Below are positions 37,636 to 46,324 of a stretch of DNA of 64,000 nucleotides, piece after piece. The notes under the pieces are model-generated. The model was not told where the DNA came from. It saw only the letters and a program-made list of their open reading frames with translations, and did not search any database. A program made the translations under genes and the position numbers. The stretch spans positions 1,055 to 65,054 of the forward strand of contig JACZVC010000011.1 in assembly GCA_022572885.1 (NCBI GenBank), read 5' to 3'. Position 1 is the stretch's first letter. Every line of letters begins with the position of its first letter. The stretch comes from Pseudomonadota bacterium (lineage in GTDB: Bacteria > Pseudomonadota > Gammaproteobacteria > Steroidobacterales > MnTg04).

Positions 37636-40600
37636 CTAGGTCGTCCCGACACCAAGCCGGGAGATCTGCATAACCTTTCTGCCCCAACGCACCATTCCGT
37701 CGAGCACCACGTACAGGTATGGCACGACCAGCAACGAGGTGACGGTCGAAAACGCCAGACCGCCGATAATGGCTCTGGCCATCGGGAAATACGGAGGCCC
37801 GTCGCCACCGACCTGAGTCGTCCCTACCGCCAGCGGGGCCAGGCCCAGGATAGTGGTCGCCACGGTCATCAGGATGGGGCGCAAGCGGTCCCTGCCCGCC
37901 TCGATGATCGCTTTGTCGCGCTCCATGCCTTCATGACGAAGGTTGTTGATATGGTCAACCAACACGATCCCGTTGTTAACGACCACACCGATCAGGATCA
38001 AGATGCCGATAGACGCCATGAACGAAAATGTAGTACCGGTGAGTAAAAAGAACCAGAACACACCAATAATCGCAAAAACGATCGACACGATAATTGCCAG
38101 CGGAAAAAGCACCGACTCAAACAATGCCGCCATCACGATAAATATCATCGCGATGCCGAGTAAAGTATTTTGCGCCATGATTTGTTGAGTATCATCCTGC
38201 CGTTCAAATCCGCGACCGAACTTCCAGCTATAACCAGGCGGCAGCGCGAACTCATTCATGAGCTTTTCGACGTAGGGTTTGACGTCTTCCAGCGACTTGT
38301 CTTTCTCCATATTGGCGTTAATGACAACCGCGGTCCGCCGGTCGACGCGCCGGATAGCCTGTGGACCGCGGGTCACATTAAAGTCGGCGATCGCACCCAG
38401 CGTTACCCTTTGCCCAGCGGCCGTGTACAGGGGGAGGGCGGCAAGATCTTCCAGGCTTTGCTTGTCGCTATCGCGGAAAGCCATGCGCACGGTGATCTCG
38501 CCATCCTCGCCGCGGAACTCCCGCAGGTTTTCTCCACGCAGGGCAAGAGACACGAACTGGGCGACCAGTTCGGTGCTCAATCCCTGCGCCATGGCTCTTT
38601 CCCGGTCGACGATGATCTGTATCTCCGGCGCGCCTGTGTCGGCATCCGAAATAACATCGGTTAAACCGTCTACGCTTTCAAGGATACGCTCGACTTCAAA
38701 ACTCAGCTCGTTGAGCAACACCGTGGAATCACCGGAGATTTGTATGCTGAACCCCTCGCCACCGCCTTGCTGGTCGAATTGAAAACTGGGTTTTCCGATA
38801 ACGAGTTCGGGAATGTTTTCGGTAATAAAAGCGATGACTTCCTTGGTTGAGATTGTTGCATCGTCTTTATCGGTAAGGAGAATGGTCGATTCGGCGCGCC
38901 CGGTGTCAAAATAACTGTATACCTCGACGATATCGAGTTTTTCCTGGTTTGCATAAAGGAAGTCTTCGATTCTGTCCACCGCGGCCTCGACTCGTTCCAA
39001 TGGATAAATCTCGTCCACGTGATACGGCATGAATAAACGGCGTCCCGATTCCTGTGGGAAGGTGTCAAATTTTATTAATTTCATGGGTATCGCCACGCTA
39101 GCCATGATCACGATGATGAAAAGCGCGGTCCACCAGCGATGTTTCATCACCCAGACCAGGGCGTTGACGTACCTGTTGGTCAGGCGCGTCATCAATGCGC
39201 CTTTTTTGGGGACCGGTGGCGGTGGTACCCGGGCAGCCAGCATCGGCACGATGGTCTGGGCGATGGCCAGTGAGGCCAGCAGCGCAACGACGATGGTAAT
39301 GGCAACGTGGGTCAGAAAAACGGTGATGTCCGCTTTCTGCCCAAACATGATCGGTAGGAAAACGATGATCGAAGTCGCCGTGCCGGCAATCACCGCCAGA
39401 CCCACTTCGTTGACCCCAAGAAGGGTCGCCTTTACCGGCTCATTCGGGTGCATGATCCGGTAGCGGAAGATACTTTCAGTGACCACGACCGCGTTGTCGA
39501 CGAGCATGCCGACAGCCAGCATCAGACCCATCATCGTCAGAATATTCAGCGTCAGGCCAAAGAAATACATTGCCGCCAGCGTTATAAGCAGCGAAAAGGG
39601 CACCGCCAGCGTGACGATCAGTGTCGTGCTCCACTGGCGCAGAAACAGAAACAACACGCCAATGGCAAGCAGCGCGCCAACCAGGCCGGCGCTCAGCAGA
39701 TCATGCAACGATTCACGCACATTGTCGGCCTGGTTATCCAGATCGAAAATATTGATCCCCTGCATCTGTGGCAGTTTTCCGATTTGCCGGATTTCCCTTT
39801 GCACCCGGTCATTGACCTCGACCATATTGGCGCCGGTTTGCTTGAAAATATTGATGCCAACCGCATAGGTCCGGTTGAGGTGCCGGCCATAATTACGATC
39901 GGGACTGCGTAATTCCACGGCGGCGATATCAGACAGGCGCAGGTTGCGGTTATCGACCACAATGTTTTCGATGTCTTCCAGGGATGTGAATTCGCCGCGC
40001 GGGCGTACGCTAAGACGCTGACCCGCATCGGTAATCTGGCCGGCGCTGACCGCGAAATTGCTTTTTTCCAGCAAGTCGCGAAGCTTGCGGATATCCACGC
40101 CGTGCGCGGCGACCCGATCTACATCGAGCAGTATGCGTATTTCCCTCGGTTCGACGCCCTGCAATTCAACGCGGGACACGCCCTCGAGGCGTGCCAGTCG
40201 TCTTTTGACCGTGTGGTCCAGCATTTGATAAGCGTCCGACAGATCCCGGTCGCTGGAGATGCGCAGCACGAGGATCGGCTGGTCACCAAGCGAGCCGGTA
40301 AAAACCAGGATACGCTCCACGTCATCCGGAATATTATCGCGGACCGCATCGATCCGCGCTCGCGCTTCGATACCCATCCTGGACGCGTCTTCGTCCCAGC
40401 CGAATTGCACGAATATTTGCGACTGGTCCTCGGTCGATGTCGACTGCATCCGTTCAACGCCACTGAGCGTGGCCAGCGATTCTTCGATGGGCCGCGTGAT
40501 CTGTTGTTCGATCTCCTCGGGTGTCGATGAGCGATAAGGAATCTGCACAAACAGTCCTGGAAATTCGATATCCGGGAATTTTTCCAGCGGCAGCAATTGC

Positions 40601-40686
40601 GAGGAAAGGGCCCCGACCGCGGCCAAGGCGACAAAAAGCATTATCACGGTTACCGGGCGGCGTAGCGCTAACTCAGTATGTCGCAT
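37636..40686 (-). CDS. Efflux RND transporter permease subunit (second permease of the operon)
   Basis: 1016 aa. RRPVTVIMLFVALAAVG N-terminus, GLMLAVGMLVDNAVVVTE and LIGVVVNNGIVLVDHI motifs. Confidence 0.95.
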   Translation of the reverse strand: MRHTELALRRPVTVIMLFVALAAVGALSSQLLPLEKFPDIEFPGLFVQIPYRSSTPEEIEQQITRPIEESLATLSGVERMQSTSTEDQSQIFVQFGWDEDASRMGIEARARIDAVRDNIPDDVERILVFTGSLGDQPILVLRISSDRDLSDAYQMLDHTVKRRLARLEGVSRVELQGVEPREIRILLDVDRVAAHGVDIRKLRDLLEKSNFAVSAGQITDAGQRLSVRPRGEFTSLEDIENIVVDNRNLRLSDIAAVELRSPDRNYGRHLNRTYAVGINIFKQTGANMVEVNDRVQREIRQIGKLPQMQGINIFDLDNQADNVRESLHDLLSAGLVGALLAIGVLFLFLRQWSTTLIVTLAVPFSLLITLAAMYFFGLTLNILTMMGLMLAVGMLVDNAVVVTESIFRYRIMHPNEPVKATLLGVNEVGLAVIAGTATSIIVFLPIMFGQKADITVFLTHVAITIVVALLASLAIAQTIVPMLAARVPPPPVPKKGALMTRLTNRYVNALVWVMKHRWWTALFIIVIMASVAIPMKLIKFDTFPQESGRRLFMPYHVDEIYPLERVEAAVDRIEDFLYANQEKLDIVEVYSYFDTGRAESTILLTDKDDATISTKEVIAFITENIPELVIGKPSFQFDQQGGGEGFSIQISGDSTVLLNELSFEVERILESVDGLTDVISDADTGAPEIQIIVDRERAMAQGLSTELVAQFVSLALRGENLREFRGEDGEITVRMAFRDSDKQSLEDLAALPLYTAAGQRVTLGAIADFNVTRGPQAIRRVDRRTAVVINANMEKDKSLEDVKPYVEKLMNEFALPPGYSWKFGRGFERQDDTQQIMAQNTLLGIAMIFIVMAALFESVLFPLAIIVSIVFAIIGVFWFFLLTGTTFSFMASIGILILIGVVVNNGIVLVDHINNLRHEGMERDKAIIEAGRDRLRPILMTVATTILGLAPLAVGTTQVGGDGPPYFPMARAIIGGLAFSTVTSLLVVPYLYVVLDGMVRWGRKVMQISRLGVGTT

Positions 40687-40696
40687 GGAAATCCTC

Positions 40697-43600
40697 TCAA
40701 ACCAGCCCGGGTTCTGCCGCCGATATCGGTGCGGGTCTGCGATCCATCAATGAATAGACGGCCGGGATCACGATAAGCGTCAGCAGGGTCGAGGTCAGCA
40801 AACCGCCAATGACGGTGATTGCCATCGGTGTGCGCACTTCCGCACCCTCGCCAAATCCGATCGCCATTGGCAACAGGCCGAGCGTCGTGGTCATCGTCGT
40901 CATCAGGATGGGCCGCAATCGCGCCTTGCCCGCTTCGATGATGGCGGCAGTCTTTTCCATGCCGGCCTCGCGTAGTTTATTGATCATGTCGACCAGGACG
41001 ATGGCATTGTTGACGACGATTCCGGCCAGCATGATTACGCCGATAAATGCAACGACGTTGATCGGCGTGCCGGTGACAAACAGGGCGAGCACCGCACCCA
41101 CCAGCGCCAGCGGAATTGTAAGCAGGATGACGAAAGGATGGATCAGCGATTCAAACTGAGATGCCATCACCAGGTAAACCAGAAAAACGGCGAGCAAAAG
41201 CGTGAATTGCATCGATCGCATGGAGGCCTGCATTTCCTCGTTCTGGCCGGTGATTTGTACGCCGATTCCGGCGGGCAACGGAGTCGCATCGATAATTCCC
41301 TGTAATTCGGCGGCGGCGGCCCCCAGGTCTCCAAAGGCCAGGTTGGCCGATATGATTGCGACGCGCGACTGGTCGACCCGCCGGATCTCGGCTGGTCCGC
41401 TCGCCAGGCTGATGTCGGCGATCGCCTCCAGTGGGATCGGGCGGTCGCTGGCCGGGTTGACGATCAGGTTACGGATGTCCGCGACCGATGCCTTGCTGGT
41501 ATCGACACTGCGAACCAGGACATCGATCTTGCGGTCTCTCCAGGTATATCGCGTAGCGACATCGCCACGAATGTTCGACACGACGCGATTGGCAATATCG
41601 CGTACGACGAGGCCCAGGTTAGCGGCCCGTTCCTGGTCAAAAACAATCTGGATTTCCGGGTTCCCCGATTCGACCGTTGTTTTGATGTCGATGAATCGGC
41701 TGGACGCGGCCATGGCCTGCTGAATCTGATTGCTCACCGAGTTTATCTGGTCAATATCAAAGCCCGAGACTTCGACTTCCACGGGTGTGCTGAAACTGAA
41801 CAGGGTGGGCCGGCCAAACTCGTACTGAACCCCGGGAAGTGCTTGCAGTTTTTGCCGCATGGAGTCGATTGTCCGCTCCTCGAGCAACCGGGTACTTCCC
41901 GGTTTCATTTTCACGCTGAATTTTCCGGTGTGTTCGCCCGAATCGACCGGGTTGGCATCCAGCCGGTTGCCGGTTCCGGCGACCGAGTAGGTCAGTTGAA
42001 CCGAATCGTCTTCGGCTAGCGCTTGTTCGACCGTCCTGAAGCTCCGGTCCGTCTGACTCAGCGGAGACCCAGGCGGCAGGCGTACATCGACGAAAAACTC
42101 GCCTTGTGCAAGCTGTGGTATCAGTTCGCTGCCCAGTCTCGGTACCAGCGACATGGTCCCTGCAAAGATGCCGCTTGCAATCAGGATAACCAGCCAGCGG
42201 CGGCGCAGCGACCAAGCCAGCATCCCCGGGTAAACGCCGGCCAGCGCGCGGTAAAAACCCTGGAAAAGCCACACCCCCGGGCGCAACAGCTTGTTCATCA
42301 CCCAGGCGATCAGCGAGAAAAACTTGCGAAACATTCGAACCACGAACCCGATGCCACGCGTTAGCAGCGCCGGCGGGCGCTTATCGGTGGCGTCGGCGAA
42401 GCGCCCACCTGCGCCCATCGCCGCCAGCATCGGGATCAGGGTCAGGGCGACGATCAGCGAGAACATCAGGGCGAAAGTCACGGTCAGCGCCTGGTCCTTG
42501 AAAAGCTGGCCGGCGATACCGCTGACAAAGACCATCGGGAAGAATACGGCGACCGTGGTCAGGGTTGAAGCGATAACGGCGGTGGCGACCTCGCTGGTTC
42601 CATCGCGAGCCGCCTGCATCGCCGGCAAACCCGATTCCTTCTTTCTGACGATATTTTCCAGAACGACGATCGAATTATCGACCAGCATGCCGATCGCCAG
42701 CGCAATACCCCCCAGTGACATGATATTCAGCGATATTTGGCTGCTGTGCATCATCAAGAATGTGCCGACGACCGAAACCGGGATCGCGGCGCCGATAATA
42801 AAGGTCGCGCGTGCGTCACGAAGGAAAAAATACAACACCAGGATGGCCAGCAGGCCACCCCAAAGTGCGGCTGAGCGAACCTGGGAAATTGCGTTGGAAA
42901 TAAATGTGGACTGATCGTAAATCGTGATCAGTTTCATGTTGTCGGGCAGGTCTGCTTCGATATTTTTCAATCGTTGCTTGATTCGATTGGCCACCTGGAC
43001 CGTATTTGCGTCACCTTCTTTGTAAATCCCCAGTTCCACGGACTCCTGGCCATCGACCCTGGTAATTGCCTCCCGTTCCTTGAAACCGCGTTTGATCTCC
43101 GCGATGTCACGCATATAAATGATGCGGCCATCGACGTTGGCAACGATGGCGTCGGCGATTTCATCGATGTTCTGGAATTCATTGATGGTGCGGACGAGGA
43201 ATCTTTGCGATCCTTGTTCGAGCCGCCCGCCGGACAAGTTGACGTTCTCCTCGCGGATTCTGCGGGTGACGGTTTCGATGGACAATCCGAGCTGAGCGAG
43301 CCGACGCTGATCGACCAGGACCTGAATTTCGTCTTCGAGGCCGCCGCTGGTCTTGACCGCAGCCGTGCCATCGCTGGCCTCGAGATCCGTTTTTAGCCGT
43401 TCTTCGGCAAAACGGCGCAGGGCCTTCAGGCGGTCTTCGGCATTTTGAAACTTGATCTCGGCATCCGGGGCCTCGATCAGCGCCAGGCGCATGACCGGCT
43501 CGCTCGACGGGTCGAATCGCAGGAGCATCGAACGGCTGGCTTCCAACGGGAGTTGCAGGATGTCGAGTTTTTCCCTGACATCCACACCGGCGATGTCCAT

Positions 43601-43900
43601 ATCGGTGCCCCAGGCAAACTCGAGTACGACATCGGATTGGCCCGAGCGGGACACAGACCGGACCCGGCGGACATTCTTGATTACGCCCACCGCCTCTTCG
43701 ACCGGTTTGGTAATCAGGCTTTCGACCTCGATTGGCGCCGCGCCGGTTAAATTAGTACGGACTGTCATGGTGGGATAAGAGAGGTCTGGCAGAAGATTGA
43801 CCTTGAGCCGGGACAGCGAAACCATGCCGAACATGATGACCGCCACAGTGAACATCATGATGGTCACTCGGCGCTGGGTGGCAATATCAATAAGTCGCAT
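40697..43900 (-). CDS. Efflux RND transporter permease subunit (first permease of the operon)
   Basis: 1067 aa. QRRVTIMMFTVAVIMFG, LGGIALAIGMLVDNSIVVLEN and LAGIVVNNAIVLVDMI. Clearly a different sequence from 37636-40686. Confidence 0.95.
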   Translation of the reverse strand: MRLIDIATQRRVTIMMFTVAVIMFGMVSLSRLKVNLLPDLSYPTMTVRTNLTGAAPIEVESLITKPVEEAVGVIKNVRRVRSVSRSGQSDVVLEFAWGTDMDIAGVDVREKLDILQLPLEASRSMLLRFDPSSEPVMRLALIEAPDAEIKFQNAEDRLKALRRFAEERLKTDLEASDGTAAVKTSGGLEDEIQVLVDQRRLAQLGLSIETVTRRIREENVNLSGGRLEQGSQRFLVRTINEFQNIDEIADAIVANVDGRIIYMRDIAEIKRGFKEREAITRVDGQESVELGIYKEGDANTVQVANRIKQRLKNIEADLPDNMKLITIYDQSTFISNAISQVRSAALWGGLLAILVLYFFLRDARATFIIGAAIPVSVVGTFLMMHSSQISLNIMSLGGIALAIGMLVDNSIVVLENIVRKKESGLPAMQAARDGTSEVATAVIASTLTTVAVFFPMVFVSGIAGQLFKDQALTVTFALMFSLIVALTLIPMLAAMGAGGRFADATDKRPPALLTRGIGFVVRMFRKFFSLIAWVMNKLLRPGVWLFQGFYRALAGVYPGMLAWSLRRRWLVILIASGIFAGTMSLVPRLGSELIPQLAQGEFFVDVRLPPGSPLSQTDRSFRTVEQALAEDDSVQLTYSVAGTGNRLDANPVDSGEHTGKFSVKMKPGSTRLLEERTIDSMRQKLQALPGVQYEFGRPTLFSFSTPVEVEVSGFDIDQINSVSNQIQQAMAASSRFIDIKTTVESGNPEIQIVFDQERAANLGLVVRDIANRVVSNIRGDVATRYTWRDRKIDVLVRSVDTSKASVADIRNLIVNPASDRPIPLEAIADISLASGPAEIRRVDQSRVAIISANLAFGDLGAAAAELQGIIDATPLPAGIGVQITGQNEEMQASMRSMQFTLLLAVFLVYLVMASQFESLIHPFVILLTIPLALVGAVLALFVTGTPINVVAFIGVIMLAGIVVNNAIVLVDMINKLREAGMEKTAAIIEAGKARLRPILMTTMTTTLGLLPMAIGFGEGAEVRTPMAITVIGGLLTSTLLTLIVIPAVYSLMDRRPAPISAAEPGLV

Positions 43901-43950
43901 GGGTTCCTTCCGTTTTTATGACGGGCTGTAATGCGTCAAGTGTTGGGTTG

Positions 43951-45021
43951 TCAACCGCTGGCGGGGTTGACTATCGAAATCCTGGTGCCGTCTTTCAGAC
44001 CGGACTGGCCGACAATGACGATCTCTTCGTCTCCTGTCAGGCCTTCCAGGATTTCAATATTTCCATCGCTGGTATAGCCCGTAGTGATCGGGCGGCGGCG
44101 CGCTACTCCATCCTCAATGACATAAACAACAGTGTCCAAGTCGCCTACGATGATCGCGGAGCGGTGAACCAGAATCGCCTGTTCGCGCTGGTCGAAAACA
44201 ATGTTGAAGCGACCGAACATACCCGGCTTCAGTTGACCCTCGCTTGCCGCCACTTCAACAGTGACTTTGAAGGTGCCGGTTTCGGGCGAGACGGTCGGGC
44301 TTATCCTGGCTACCACGCCGGAAAAGGTTTTTTCCGGTATGGCGTCGACGGATATCCTGACCGGTTGCCCCGGGCGCAGTTTGCGAAATTCGCGTTCGGG
44401 AACGTGCAGATATCCCAGCAGGGGATTCATGTCGCTGATGTGAAATACCGGTTCATCGGCACTGATCGTGTTGCCAAGTTTGACATATCGATCCGCGACT
44501 ACACCGTCTATGGGTGCCTTGATCTCGGTGTAACTGAGCTCCAGGCGAGCCATATTGTAAGCGGCTCTGAGCGAGTCCATTTCGTACCTGATATTTTCGA
44601 ACGCGTCCGCGCTGATCAGACCCCGTTCACGGAGGTCCGTGTTTCTTTTGTGTTCTTGTTCCAACTTTGAAAGATTGGCTCTTGCCTGTTGGGCTTCCAG
44701 GCGCAGACGGTCGCCATCCAAACGCGCGAGTATCTGGCCGGATTTGACGATATCGCCTTCTTCGACCAGCAATTCGACGATTTCTCCGCCGACCTTGGCG
44801 ACTACTTCGGCTTCGCCATCGGCCTCGAGGGCCGCCGTTGCTGAGTAGACGGCGAAAATGTCACCGCGGGTCGGGTGGCCCACTTCCACCGGGATGGCGG
44901 CAGTCTCTTCTTCATCGGCCGCGTCCTTGTCGTCATCGCCGCTGGCTTGCATTTCGCATGCGCCAAGGACCATCAGCGGTAGTAGAAAAAGCACCCGTCG
45001 ATACAATGGCCGGATACGCAT
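43951..45021 (-). CDS. Efflux RND transporter periplasmic adaptor subunit (MFP), copy 2
   Basis: 356 aa. Lipobox MVLGAC. VVAKVGGEIVELLVEEGDIVKSGQILARLD, then a coiled coil, then IKAPIDGVVADR. Confidence 0.92.
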   Translation of the reverse strand: MRIRPLYRRVLFLLPLMVLGACEMQASGDDDKDAADEEETAAIPVEVGHPTRGDIFAVYSATAALEADGEAEVVAKVGGEIVELLVEEGDIVKSGQILARLDGDRLRLEAQQARANLSKLEQEHKRNTDLRERGLISADAFENIRYEMDSLRAAYNMARLELSYTEIKAPIDGVVADRYVKLGNTISADEPVFHISDMNPLLGYLHVPEREFRKLRPGQPVRISVDAIPEKTFSGVVARISPTVSPETGTFKVTVEVAASEGQLKPGMFGRFNIVFDQREQAILVHRSAIIVGDLDTVVYVIEDGVARRRPITTGYTSDGNIEILEGLTGDEEIVIVGQSGLKDGTRISIVNPASG

Positions 45022-45057
45022 CGAGCCGAACTCCCTTGGTGACTTTGTTAGCGCGCC

Positions 45058-46116
45058 TCAACCGGCGTGTTCGGTTACCAGTGTCCCGTCTCGCAGGCCA
45101 CCTTGACCAATGACGACCACGGTATCCGAGTCGCTGATTCCATCGAGAATCTCCACCATGCCGCGATCGGTGATGCCGGTTTCAATGATTCTCCGGCGTG
45201 CTATGCCGTCTTCAATAACGTAGAGGCTTTTTTCGATATCCTCTTCAAGGATAGCTTCTGCCGGAACCATGACCGCATTGTCATGTACATCATAAACCAC
45301 GGCAACCCGCGCAAACATGCCGGGGCGCAGAGTGCCACTGTGGTCAAGAATTCTGAGCGTCACCCGGAAAGTGCCTGTTTTCTGGTCGATACGGGGGCTG
45401 ATACGCTCAATCGTGGCTTCGAAGATCTCCGCGGGCAGGGCATCTGCCTTGATATCCGCGGTCTGGCCCACCTTGAAACGACCCATGTTTTGTTGCGGTA
45501 GGTAAAGTTCCAGAATGAGCTGACTCGGGTCAGTGATGATAAACAGCCGCTGATTCACCTGCAGGTGATTGCCCGTTTTGACCAGGCGCTCGGCGATCAC
45601 GCCGTCTATCGGGGCTTTGACCTGGGTGTACCCGTAATCCAGGCGTGCGATTTCATAGGCGGCTTTTAATGCGTCCGCTTCGTATCTCAGGTTTTCAAAG
45701 GTTCCCGGCGCAACCAGATCGAGCTCCAGCAGGTTTTGGTTCCGCTCATATTCTTTCCTGGCCCGTTGGTACTCGGCACCGGCTCTTTGCATCGCCAGTT
45801 TCAGGCGTTCTCCATCCAGACGGGCGAGTACCTGGCCAGCCTTAACCCGATCGCCTTCTTCGACCAGGATCTCGACCAGGTCGCCTTTGACTTTAGCAAC
45901 AACAGGCGCTTCAAAATCTGCTTCCAGGACGCTGGTACCGGTATGGCGGGCATATATATCGCCCCGGTGGACCCGTATTACGCTGACCGGAATCGATGCC
46001 TGGACGGCCGATTCCGCTTTCGCATCCGTACTGCTGGCTTCAGTGGTGCCGCATCCGCCAAGGGCTGCGCTACCGGCAAGAAGTATAAAAGCTGAGAGAT
46101 ATTTCCAGAATTTCAT
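45058..46116 (-). CDS. Efflux RND transporter periplasmic adaptor subunit (MFP), copy 1
   Basis: From ATG 46116 (MKFWKYLSAFILLAGSAALGGC lipobox). VVAKVKGDLVEILVEEGDRVKAGQVLARLD and VKAPIDGVIAER. Collinear paralogue of 43951-45021. Confidence 0.92.
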   Translation of the reverse strand: MKFWKYLSAFILLAGSAALGGCGTTEASSTDAKAESAVQASIPVSVIRVHRGDIYARHTGTSVLEADFEAPVVAKVKGDLVEILVEEGDRVKAGQVLARLDGERLKLAMQRAGAEYQRARKEYERNQNLLELDLVAPGTFENLRYEADALKAAYEIARLDYGYTQVKAPIDGVIAERLVKTGNHLQVNQRLFIITDPSQLILELYLPQQNMGRFKVGQTADIKADALPAEIFEATIERISPRIDQKTGTFRVTLRILDHSGTLRPGMFARVAVVYDVHDNAVMVPAEAILEEDIEKSLYVIEDGIARRRIIETGITDRGMVEILDGISDSDTVVVIGQGGLRDGTLVTEHAG

Positions 46117-46163
46117 AATGAGCCTGCTGTTTGAGAATAGCGAGTGAAGATAGTTCACTCAAT

Positions 46164-46189
46164 TAGTGTTGTAGTGAAGTATAACACTA
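46164..46189. promoter_or_regulatory. Inverted repeat (possible operator) upstream of the 4-gene RND operon
   Basis: TAGTGTT-N12-AACACTA perfect 7-bp arms, 48-73 nt upstream of the MFP ATG. An AGTGAAG(A/T)ATA direct repeat occurs at 46143 and 46173. Confidence 0.3.
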
Positions 46190-46324
46190 GAGATGTAAAT
46201 CGCAATGGGTGCCGGGGAAAATTGGTGATTATTCGGCTATGAGTTTGTAACTGACTGTTTTTATTTAAGAAAGTAATGAGCCGTTCGAGGCATGGTTTTT
46301 GCCGTGGGCCCGATCCGATTCGAG

